64,000 nt of DNA from an uncultured bacterium (GTDB taxonomy: Bacteria; Patescibacteriota; Minisyncoccia; UBA6257; 2-01-FULL-56-20): the NCBI GenBank assembly GCA_963807165.1, contig CAWDZM010000001.1, positions 353,521 to 417,520 of the forward strand. The letters run 5' to 3'. Of the stretch, positions 49,287 through 57,872 are shown one piece after another. Made by a program: the position numbers and the translations under genes. How positions within the stretch are numbered: the first letter of the stretch is position 1; the number at the start of each line of letters is the position of its first letter. The notes beneath the pieces were generated by a model. The model ran no database searches. It was not told the DNA's origin and was given only the letters and a program-made list of their open reading frames with translations.

Positions 49287-51257
49287 GCCAGTGTTTCCAT
49301 TTTTTCTATTTCTGCAGCGGGGATCACATACTCCGTATGTTCATCAAACGAACGGATGATGACGCACGCCACGCAGCCGATCACGCCAAGCGCCATCAGC
49401 CAGAAGATGTGCCACACCGCGCCGAACGAGAATAAAAAGAAAAATGCAGAAAGGTAAATAGCCATGCCGGTATTCTTTATTAATTCGATGTCCTCATATT
49501 CCGCAGACCCCGCCGGGCGCGGCCACTTCCCCGCCTTCTTCATTTCCCAAAATGCATCGCGGGAATCCACCTCCGGCGCTTTCGCAAAGTTATAGAATAG
49601 CACCGGCGATGACGTTGCCCACTCGAGCGTATGCCCATCCCACGGATCACCCGTCGTATCCATATTTTGATGCCGCTCGCGAACGCTCACAATCACCTGC
49701 CACACCTGCATGAGCACACCGGCAGCAATGATGCACACGCCGATCCCGGCAACGATAAAATACGGCTGATACCCCGTGGACGCAGCATAGTGATCAAGCC
49801 GGCGCGTCGCGCCCATGAACCCTAATATATAGAGTGGCACGAATGACATAAAGAATCCCACGATCCACAGCCAGAACGCGCGCCGCCCGATCCGCTCATT
49901 TAATGTGAATCCCATGATCTTTGGAAACCAATACGTAATGCCCGCAAAGATGCCAAAGAGCGCAGCGCTCACGATCATCGTGTGGAAATGCGCCACGAGG
50001 AATAGGCTGTTGTGCAATTCAAAGTCCGCACCGGGCAAACGAAAGCAAAACGCCCGCCATACCGCCGAACGTGAATAAGCTCACAAATCCCATAAAATAC
50101 ATCATCGGCGTGGAAAACCATATCCTTCCGCGGTACATCGTGGCGATCCAATTGAAGATCTGCACGGCGGTGGGGATCGCGATAACCCCCGTCATGATGC
50201 CAAAGAACGCATCCACGTCCGCACCGGCACCCATCGTAAAGAAGTGATGTAGCCATACAAGAAACGAGAGCAGAGTGATAGCGATCGCGGCGCACACCAT
50301 CGAAACATAGCCGAATATTTTTTTGCCGGAAAACGTGGCGACGACTTCGGAGAATATGCCGAACGCAGGGATCACAAGGATGTAGACCTCCGGATGGCCC
50401 CACATCCAGATCAGGTTCACATACAACATCGGATTCCCACCAAAACCGGAGGTAAAGAAGTGCATCCCAAAAAATCGATCAAGCCAGAGAAGGAGCGTCG
50501 TCGCAGTAAGCACGGGAAACGCGGCAACGACGAGTGCCATACTACAAAGCGAAGTCCACGTAAAAAGCGGCATCATCATGAGCTTCATCCCCTTCACCCG
50601 CATCTTTAATATAGTGACGATGAAGTTGATGCCGCCGAGCAGTGATCCGAGCCCGGAGATCTGCAAGCTCCATATCCAATAATCCACGCCGGTGCCGGGG
50701 CTGTATTGCAACTCCGAAAGCGGTGGGAGCGAGAGCCAGCCGGATGCGGCAAACTCGCCGCCGACCACAAAGAACATATTGATAAATATCGCGCCGGCGA
50801 CGTAAAGCCAGAACCCAAGCGAATTCAAAAATGGAAAGGCCAGGTCGCGCGATCCGATCTGCAAAGGCACGATCAAATTCATGAGGCCAAAGAAAAATCC
50901 CATCGTCACAAAGAACACCATGATGTCGCCATGCGCAGTGAAGATCTGCTGAAAGTGGCTCGCGTCAAGATATCCCTGCGAGTTGCCTGCCGAAAGCGCT
51001 TGCTGTAACCAGATCATCATCGCATCCAATCCCCCGCGGAAAAGCATGAGTGACGCCATGATGATATACATGATCCCGATCTTTTTCGGATCCGTGGAGG
51101 TGAACCAATCATTCCAAAGCCACTTCCATCGTTTGAAATACGTGACGACCCCGGCGGCAATAATGAGCATCACAAAGATGGCCACTGTTCCCCCGATGGT
51201 AAACCATTGATGCGGAAGGTCGCTCCATGTAAGATTGCCGATAAGAAAATGGATCAT
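49274..51257 (-). CDS. cyoB: Cytochrome bo3 quinol oxidase subunit I (one-base frameshift near 50038)
   Basis: FTAHG, WGHPEVY, WLHH; then PGADF..HNSLFLVAHFH in the adjacent frame. Removing one T restores LLSLPGADF. Confidence 0.92.
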
Positions 51258-51259
51258 TT

Positions 51260-52159
51260 TTACATTTGCATGCCCGGCATATCCGCAGGCATGGAGGAGG
51301 TCGGCGTTGGTGTTAGTGTTGAAGTCGAATATGATGATGGATTTGTCGACGACGACGCCATCGTGGTCGTCGCGCCCATCCCTGGAATCATATACTTCAT
51401 TAAAATCGTATCATACAACGCCGGGTCAACCGAGGAATAATAGATAGGCGCAACATATTCGCTCGGCGGCGCGAGCGTGGCATTATAGTCATCTATCGTC
51501 AGTGTGTTGGATGAATTCTTGACCGACGCGATCCACGCGTTGAAGTCACTTTGCGAAACCGATTTGGCGGTGAACGTCATCCCGGCATAGCCCGCGCCAT
51601 TGATCTCTGTATCTTTGCCAACATACTGCCCCGTGGAATTTGCTTCCAGGCTCAGCTGGGTCTGCATCGCGGCCATCGCGTAGATCTGACTGCCAAGCTC
51701 CGGGATCCAGAACGAGCTCATCGGCGCGTCGGCAGTCAGCGAGAAGTGCACCGGCGTAGCCACCGGAAACTCCAGAAAATTTACCGTCGCAATCCCCTGC
51801 GCCGGATAGATAAAGAGCCATTTCCACTGAAGCGCAACAACTTCAACGTTGAGCGGCGGGTTGGCAGACGCGATCGGCTTATACGGATCGAGGGCATGCG
51901 TGCTTTGCCAGTTTATTACCGCGATTACCACGATGAGCGTCGCCGGAATCGTCCACCAAAGCAGCTGACGCCAGATACCGCCCACATGCTCCGGATCGTA
52001 CTTTGCCTTTTTATTCCCCGCCCGATATTTCCACGCAAAGGTATACAGCAAAATGAGCATCGGGATGGCGATCAGAAGCATAAGAACAACCGCGAGAATG
52101 ATCAGATTCCGTTCCTGTAATGCTATCGGACCCTGTGGATCAAATACGCCTCCGGACAT
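51260..52159 (-). CDS. cyoA: Cytochrome bo3 quinol oxidase subunit II
   Basis: PQGPIA, WKWLFIYP, SFWIPELGSQIYAM, GAGYAGM; no CuA cysteines. Confidence 0.92.
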   Translation of the reverse strand: MSGGVFDPQGPIALQERNLIILAVVLMLLIAIPMLILLYTFAWKYRAGNKKAKYDPEHVGGIWRQLLWWTIPATLIVVIAVINWQSTHALDPYKPIASANPPLNVEVVALQWKWLFIYPAQGIATVNFLEFPVATPVHFSLTADAPMSSFWIPELGSQIYAMAAMQTQLSLEANSTGQYVGKDTEINGAGYAGMTFTAKSVSQSDFNAWIASVKNSSNTLTIDDYNATLAPPSEYVAPIYYSSVDPALYDTILMKYMIPGMGATTTMASSSTNPSSYSTSTLTPTPTSSMPADMPGMQM

Positions 52160-52226
52160 TTTTCTATTGTACCATGCGAAGAAATCCCCCAACGCAATAG
52201 AATTCCTTTGATGATATAATGGAAAT

Positions 52227-52454
52227 ATGTCCCATCATGAAATGCCGTCCATCGGAAAGGAGATGGAACGCCTCGAGGGAGAAAATCCGCGCGTGATATT
52301 ATCACGCCTTAAAGAAGAAAGACGGGAGATTGATGATCGGGATGGGCCGGATAAATTATCGCCGGACGAGAGAGTCCGGTTTATTCAATTAACAGAACAG
52401 ATCGAGGAGTTGGAAGATAGATTGCGCCCTCAGCATTTTAAAAAAGCTGCCTAA
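52227..52454 (+). CDS. Small charged hypothetical protein
   Basis: TGATATAAT directly upstream; coiled-coil-like. Confidence 0.55.
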   Translation: MSHHEMPSIGKEMERLEGENPRVILSRLKEERREIDDRDGPDKLSPDERVRFIQLTEQIEELEDRLRPQHFKKAA

Positions 52455-52532
52455 GTAAGGATCATCTTGCATTTTGAGTGTCAAAATCGTACACTTAATC
52501 CGTAATAAAAACATAAATCAGCAACACATCCC

Positions 52533-52649
52533 ATGGCAAAACGAGGAAGCTGGATCAACCGCCAGAAATCAAGTTCTAAAAAGACCAAGAAGCGCCTGGA
52601 AGCAAAGAAGGTCATGTTAGCGGCAAAGAAGAGCAAGCGCCGCAAATAA
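52533..52649 (+). CDS. 38-aa Lys/Arg-rich microprotein (not in the ORF track)
   Basis: MAKRGSWINRQKSSSKKTKKRLEAKKVMLAAKKSKRRK*, with an upstream TTGCAT..TACACT-like promoter and an immediate terminator. Confidence 0.6.
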   Translation: MAKRGSWINRQKSSSKKTKKRLEAKKVMLAAKKSKRRK

Positions 52650-52684
52650 ACAAAAATCCCGACCATCGTGCCGGGATTTTTGTT
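52650..52684. terminator. Intrinsic terminator
   Basis: ACAAAAATCCCG/CGGGATTTTTGT inverted repeat. Confidence 0.75.
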
Positions 52685-52739
52685 TGATAAAAAAAGCCCC
52701 CGGAATGCACACCGGAGGCTTGTTGCCCGAAGGAATAAA

Positions 52740-53411
52740 CTACTCCTCTAACACTTTGACGCGGAATCCCGACGCAATCGCCACATACCAATCCGATTGA
52801 TTGTCCTGGATGCCCTCGAGGACGAGTTGAGTTCGAGAATCGTTGAGAAGAAGACAGATCCGATGGGTCCGACCGAGATCAGGATACGTCTCATCGCAAC
52901 GCAATCGATAGTTCTTGAGCGGAGCAGGCCATTCCCTTTCTTCACCTCTCTCCTTTTTCACCATAGAAGAGAAATCGATCGCGGCATACGCCAACACCGC
53001 GATCGGGAGAACCTGTTCGCCTTCGGGAATTTCTGCTTTTTGCTTTTCGAAAATCCCCATTTTGTCCCGGGCGAAGGCTTGATGGTTGAGGTCAAAAGAC
53101 GAAAGCCCCTCAGAAAGGAACTTCGTTTTGTCATCGGCCAGAGAAACCTGAGTCGGCTTTTTATTGATCAGCCAACTCCCACCAGAAATCACCTGATCGT
53201 AGAACGGTTTCGGCCGCATGGCCTCGACGCTACGACGATCAAAGATGTAGCACTTCCTTTCCACGATACCCTGCAGTGAGATAGTGGGGATTTTGAAAAA
53301 CAGATGCGTTGTCCGGAAGGATACTAATTCTGCCGGAGTAATCCGCCGTACCGAAGGCGCGGCACTGGGGGAAATGATTGCACCAACACGAGAAAGATCA
53401 AGTGTTATCAT
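52740..53411 (-). CDS. Hypothetical protein (possible C-type-lectin/FGE-like C-terminus)
   Basis: AAAGGAAA RBS, TTGACA promoter at ~53468-53473, terminator-like hairpin at 52690-52720. Confidence 0.6.
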   Translation of the reverse strand: MITLDLSRVGAIISPSAAPSVRRITPAELVSFRTTHLFFKIPTISLQGIVERKCYIFDRRSVEAMRPKPFYDQVISGGSWLINKKPTQVSLADDKTKFLSEGLSSFDLNHQAFARDKMGIFEKQKAEIPEGEQVLPIAVLAYAAIDFSSMVKKERGEEREWPAPLKNYRLRCDETYPDLGRTHRICLLLNDSRTQLVLEGIQDNQSDWYVAIASGFRVKVLEE

Positions 53412-53519
53412 TATTTTCCTTTGAAAACGTGAGATACTAACTCTTTTATAGTTGGTATCCTATCCTTTGTCAATCTATAACGCTGCTATAAAAGCCTGAG
53501 ATTGCGGTATAATAGATAG

Positions 53520-54818
53520 ATGCGCAATAAATATAGGCTGTATATATTGACCTTCGCAGGGTGTGCGGGGCTTTGCGCCGCCCTCATTTTTGCTATAGGA
53601 GCGGGCATTATCGGCATCGCGCAGGCGCAAACCGCCACGACAGCAACTTCCACAGACACCACCACGAGCAGCAGCTCTCTACAGGCGGAGCTCGACGCCA
53701 ACAACCAGGAAATGGCGAGTCTGAACCAGCAGATCGCAACGTACCAGGCAGAACTGCAGCAGGTCGGTGCGAACAAAAAGACACTCCAGGCGGCGATCAA
53801 TGGGCTCGACCTTCAGCGCAGTAAGGTACAGACACAGATCTCACTCACCCAGTATCAGATAAAAAGCACCCAGATCCAGATCCAGCAGCTCGGCGGCGAG
53901 ATCGCGGACACACAGCAGTCGGTCACCTCGGACCAAACCGCACTCGCCGCATATATTCGTAGCCTCCAAAGGGCGGAGGCGAAGCCGCTCATTGTGCAGA
54001 TGCTTTCCTCCGGCGGACTCGTGCAATCATGGAGCGACCTGAACCAGACGCTCGAGATCCAAGGCGGCATCCAAAGCGAAATGCTGGCGCTCAAACAAGA
54101 AGAGGGCGCGCTCACAAACTCACAGACCGCATCGGAGCAAAAGCAAAGCACGCTGACGGCGCAACAGCAATCGCTCGCCACACAACAGCAATCGCTCGCG
54201 GCGACGGAACAATCAAAAAATCAACTCCTCACCGAAACCAATTCCCAAGAAGCGACGTATGAGAAATTACTCGCGGTGGCGACTGCGGAGTTAAATAGTT
54301 TCTCCGCATTCGCAGCGAACGCCGGCGGCACCAAGATTCTTGGTAATCAAACTATTTGTGACTCATGGGGTTGTTACTATAATCAGCGCGACGCGCTATG
54401 GGGTAGCTTGCCGCTCGACGGCACAAAATACACCATGGCCGCGGACGGATGTCTTGTAAGCGCCATGGCGATGGTGCTAACGCATTACGGATATAAAGAT
54501 GTGACACCGGAGACGATCAACGCAAACCCGAACGACTTTGCCGCATACTCCCCGGCATATCTTTTGACCACCATCAATGTTGACGGTGCGACCGCCACGC
54601 GCAAAACGACGGCCATCGATGCAACGCTCGCCACCGGCAACCCGGTGATCGTCGGTATCAATGCCTACGGCGGCACGCACTTTGTAGTGCTTGTAAGTGG
54701 GAGCAAGGGCAGCTACATCATGAAGGATCCGTATATCACGGATGGCAACAATATCAGCTTCTCCGCAAACTATTCCCTGAGAAGTATTTTTGCGATCTCA
54801 AAAGTCATCATCAGCTAG
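53520..54818 (+). CDS. Coiled-coil protein with a C-terminal C39-like cysteine peptidase domain
   Basis: Signal/TM, Gln-rich coiled coil, YYNQRD, GCLVSAMAM, HFVV, DP. Confidence 0.85.
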   Translation: MRNKYRLYILTFAGCAGLCAALIFAIGAGIIGIAQAQTATTATSTDTTTSSSSLQAELDANNQEMASLNQQIATYQAELQQVGANKKTLQAAINGLDLQRSKVQTQISLTQYQIKSTQIQIQQLGGEIADTQQSVTSDQTALAAYIRSLQRAEAKPLIVQMLSSGGLVQSWSDLNQTLEIQGGIQSEMLALKQEEGALTNSQTASEQKQSTLTAQQQSLATQQQSLAATEQSKNQLLTETNSQEATYEKLLAVATAELNSFSAFAANAGGTKILGNQTICDSWGCYYNQRDALWGSLPLDGTKYTMAADGCLVSAMAMVLTHYGYKDVTPETINANPNDFAAYSPAYLLTTINVDGATATRKTTAIDATLATGNPVIVGINAYGGTHFVVLVSGSKGSYIMKDPYITDGNNISFSANYSLRSIFAISKVIIS

Positions 54819-54830
54819 CGGCGGCGGATA

Positions 54831-54859
54831 AAAAAAGAGGGTGGCTTTCGGCCACCCTC
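54831..54859. terminator. Intrinsic terminator between convergent genes
   Basis: A-tract + GAGGGTGGC-TTTCG-GCCACCCTC. Confidence 0.75.
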
Positions 54860-54874
54860 GCTACATTCCCATCC

Positions 54875-55204
54875 TCAACAATTGAGGTGTATCGGACAAA
54901 GTTTTACCGCTATCGTCATACGATACAGACGCACCCTTCCCAAAATCTCGTTAGGCAGTATGCTGTCTGTCTCAATCTTACCCGCTTTGAGTCCCTCCCT
55001 TGTAAGGGCATCGCACAATTTCCGTTCAAGATGCAACGGCGACGATGGTGGCTCGATCAAAAATGGACAGAGCTCCGTTGATCCGATGAGTTCCACAATC
55101 TCGGGATCCCCATATTTACTATTGAGGATCCATACGCCGCTTGGCATTCTCCGGTATTCAATCTTAAGAACCTTTTCATCTCGAAAACCATCGTGAGACA
55201 TCAT
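54875..55204 (-). CDS. Hypothetical protein
   Basis: GGGGAGG RBS and TGGTATAAA upstream of MMSHDG. Confidence 0.5.
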   Translation of the reverse strand: MMSHDGFRDEKVLKIEYRRMPSGVWILNSKYGDPEIVELIGSTELCPFLIEPPSSPLHLERKLCDALTREGLKAGKIETDSILPNEILGRVRLYRMTIAVKLCPIHLNC

Positions 55205-55294
55205 TGCCTCCCCTGCTCTCTTATTTTTATACCAAAAAACGCCGGAGGGCAAACGGGGGGAAAATGGCATATAATGAGCGGAGAGGTTTTTGCG

Positions 55295-55531
55295 ATGACA
55301 CTCCCTAAAACGAAGGAAGAATGGGATGAATTTTCTCATGGGAGGGTGGTGAAAAGCTGCCCTCATGCCGGATGCAGGCGCGCACAATTCGTGAGGGCGG
55401 ATGAGCTCTGTATAAGATGCAAAAAACCGCTCAATGCTTTTCCGATATTGCATCACTCCCCACCTCCTCCCCCTCACTCGAGGGAAGCAGAAATGCAGCT
55501 CGCGTTGGGGGAGAGAAGACCCTTTGGATGA
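55295..55531 (+). CDS. Small zinc-ribbon-like protein
   Basis: CPHAGC..CIRC; GGAGAGG RBS; terminator at 55562-55599. Confidence 0.5.
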   Translation: MTLPKTKEEWDEFSHGRVVKSCPHAGCRRAQFVRADELCIRCKKPLNAFPILHHSPPPPPHSREAEMQLALGERRPFG

Positions 55532-55635
55532 AACGGCAAGAAGCCTTCAGTAGCACCACCCAGCGCCCGCGCGGAACATCCGCCCGGGCGCTTTTTTTTA
55601 TCCCAAAGGTGTATAATAAAAAAAATCTCACGAAT

Positions 55636-56310
55636 ATGAGAATTCTCGTGGTCGAAGATCAAAAAGAAACGGCTGATACCTTAAAGCGCAAGCTCGAGGC
55701 GGAATGCTATGCCGTGGACGTGGAGCATGACGGCGAAAAAGGATTCTACAAAGCCCGCACGAACAACTACGACCTTATCCTTCTCGATAAAGGCTTGCCG
55801 GGAAAGAGCGGCGATGCAATCTGCGCCGAACTGCGCGAATACAAAATGGCCACGCCGATCCTGATCTTGAGCGCCGCGGCGGAGATCGAGGATAAAGTCG
55901 GACTGCTCAATTGCGGCGCGGACGACTATCTGACGAAGCCATACGCATGGAGCGAGCTCGCGGCGCGCGTGAAGGCGTTACTCCGACGTCCGGCACAGCG
56001 TGAAGGAAAAACGCTCTCCGTAAACGGTCTATCGCTCGACCGGGAAACATATTCATTCACCTTTAAGAAAAAGACGGAGTCGCTTACGCCGAAGGAATTT
56101 ATGCTATTGGAATATTTGATGAAAAATGCAGGGAGGGTTGTTTCGCGCGGAATGATCCTCGAGCACGTCTGGGATGACAGCGCAGATCAATTTTCAAAAA
56201 GCATCGAAACACATATCATGAACCTCCGCAAAAAGATTGACCCGCGAGATAAGGATGCTTTTATCCACGCAGTCCCCGGCCATGGCTATATCGTTGGCGG
56301 AAAGATTTAA
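55636..56310 (+). CDS. OmpR/PhoB-family response regulator
   Basis: ILVVED, LLD (phospho-acceptor), GADDYLTKP, winged helix LTPKEF.LLEYL..IETHIMNLRKKI..VPGHGY. Confidence 0.95.
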   Translation: MRILVVEDQKETADTLKRKLEAECYAVDVEHDGEKGFYKARTNNYDLILLDKGLPGKSGDAICAELREYKMATPILILSAAAEIEDKVGLLNCGADDYLTKPYAWSELAARVKALLRRPAQREGKTLSVNGLSLDRETYSFTFKKKTESLTPKEFMLLEYLMKNAGRVVSRGMILEHVWDDSADQFSKSIETHIMNLRKKIDPRDKDAFIHAVPGHGYIVGGKI

Positions 56311-56349
56311 TTTCTATTTAATAAGTATTTAATATGGTCTGAGTATAAT
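56305..56349 (+). promoter_or_regulatory. Pho-box-like promoter: 3x ATTTAAT at 11-bp period, 10 bp upstream of TATAAT
   Basis: ATTTAAT at 56305, 56316 and 56327; TATAAT at 56344-56349; no -35 consensus. Confidence 0.75.
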
Positions 56350-56391
56350 GTGTGGGAAAGGTCGAAAAAATTTTGAATCCTACACACCATC

Positions 56392-56496
56392 ATGAGCAAA
56401 TTATTGGAAAAAATTCTAACCGACCGAACGGCACGCGAGCCGGAGGAGACCGAGACGCTTGCCGCGGCGCAAGATGAATTTGAGATCTGGGACTGA
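56392..56496 (+). CDS. 34-aa putative pheromone/RiPP precursor with penultimate Trp (ComX-like; not in the ORF track)
   Basis: MSKLLEKILTDRTAREPEETETLAAAQDEFEIWD*; first ORF after the promoter, ends 5 bp before the kinase start. Confidence 0.7.
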   Translation: MSKLLEKILTDRTAREPEETETLAAAQDEFEIWD

Positions 56497-56501
56497 AGAC
56501 T

Positions 56502-57872
56502 ATGGATGACGATCTGTTAAGAAGGAATACTATCCTGAATATCATTCTTATCGGGTCCGTTGTGATGCTGGCAATTCTTGACGCCTTCGTCCTTTTCCAT
56601 TCCCTGCAGGACGGTGCACTCTATCCGGGCATTCCATTTGTAGTGTTTTCGGTATTGCCAGCATTCTTCATCCTGTTGTACATGCTTTCGCGCCGGGGAT
56701 TCTCCACACTTGCTTCATATCTTTTGATAGGAACGTACCTAGTAAGCGACAGCTATATCGCGTACCGCTATGGGGTCGGGATACCGGTGGTGCTGATCGC
56801 ATATGCGCTCATTATTGTGATGGCGACAATCCTATGTGGCACGAGGTTCGGATTCTTTATTACCGGCATCATCGCCGCGTTCATCATACCGTTGTGGTAT
56901 GCCCAACTCTACGGCATCGTCGTTGCCCGGGCGCAACAACCCAGTGCCGATGATGCCATCGTTTTCTCAATACTCTATTTCCTGATCATGATCGTCGCAT
57001 GGCTTTATAACCGCGAGATCGATCATTCATTGCACCGCGCCCGCACGTCCGAGCAAGCGCTCCGGAACGAACGTGATCTTCTGGAAGTAAAAGTTATTGA
57101 ACGGACCGAAGAATTGCGGCGAACCCAGCTGGAAAAAGTACAACAGCTCAATCGCCTCGCCGAACTCGGCCAGCTTTCATCCGGCCTCTTCCACGATCTT
57201 CTCAACCTCCTTAATGCCCTCTCGCTTCGCGCGGAAGACAACACTGATCCGGCGCTCGCGAGCGCGTTCGATACCGCAAAGCAGATCCAAAGTTTTATGT
57301 GCGCGGTGCGCAAACAGATCGGCAGCGGCGAAAAACGGGAATTGTTCTCGCTCATAGAAGGGATTGATCATGTCATCCAACTCGTTAACTACCAGGCGGA
57401 CAAGGAACGTGTTCGTATCGCCTTCGACCATGCCGCGCAGACAGATATGTTACATTTCGACGTCCCATTCAAATTTCAAGAGATCGTCATAAACCTACTA
57501 CTCAACGCCATCGAATCATACGAAGGCATTTCTCCTTCCGACACCCGCGCGCGGACCGTCGCGATAACAATCGAGGAACGCGCCGGCACGGCAACGCTCT
57601 GCGTGCGCGACAATGGCTGTGGCATGACGCCCGCGGTCCGCGCGCGGGTATTCGAACCATTCTTCACCACAAAAAACGCATCGAAAGGGATCGGGATCGG
57701 CCTTGCGACTATAAAAAATCTTATAGAGAAAGATCTTCACGGCACCATCGCCGTGGAAAGCAAGGAAGGGTGCGGTGCTACATTCATCGTCACATTCCCC
57801 ATAACCCATGAACCGCTACCAGAACATCATCGATCAGGCACTAGAACACATTCGGAATCAACAACTCCCTGA
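56502..57872 (+). CDS. Multi-TM sensor histidine kinase
   Basis: About 6 TM helices, LFHDLLN (H box), NLLLNAIES, DNGCGM, FEPFFTTK, GIGIGL. Confidence 0.93.
   Translation: MDDDLLRRNTILNIILIGSVVMLAILDAFVLFHSLQDGALYPGIPFVVFSVLPAFFILLYMLSRRGFSTLASYLLIGTYLVSDSYIAYRYGVGIPVVLIAYALIIVMATILCGTRFGFFITGIIAAFIIPLWYAQLYGIVVARAQQPSADDAIVFSILYFLIMIVAWLYNREIDHSLHRARTSEQALRNERDLLEVKVIERTEELRRTQLEKVQQLNRLAELGQLSSGLFHDLLNLLNALSLRAEDNTDPALASAFDTAKQIQSFMCAVRKQIGSGEKRELFSLIEGIDHVIQLVNYQADKERVRIAFDHAAQTDMLHFDVPFKFQEIVINLLLNAIESYEGISPSDTRARTVAITIEERAGTATLCVRDNGCGMTPAVRARVFEPFFTTKNASKGIGIGLATIKNLIEKDLHGTIAVESKEGCGATFIVTFPITHEPLPEHHRSGTRTHSESTTP

Noticed and set aside
50030-50045. cyoB split into two genes
   Set aside because: One extra T in a T-run; both halves and the rest of the operon are intact, so probably an error
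44265-56496. Alternative genetic code (TGA=Gly or TAG read-through)
   Set aside because: TGA and TAG terminate well-conserved genes at the expected positions, and reading through the peptide's TGA does not join it to the kinase frame
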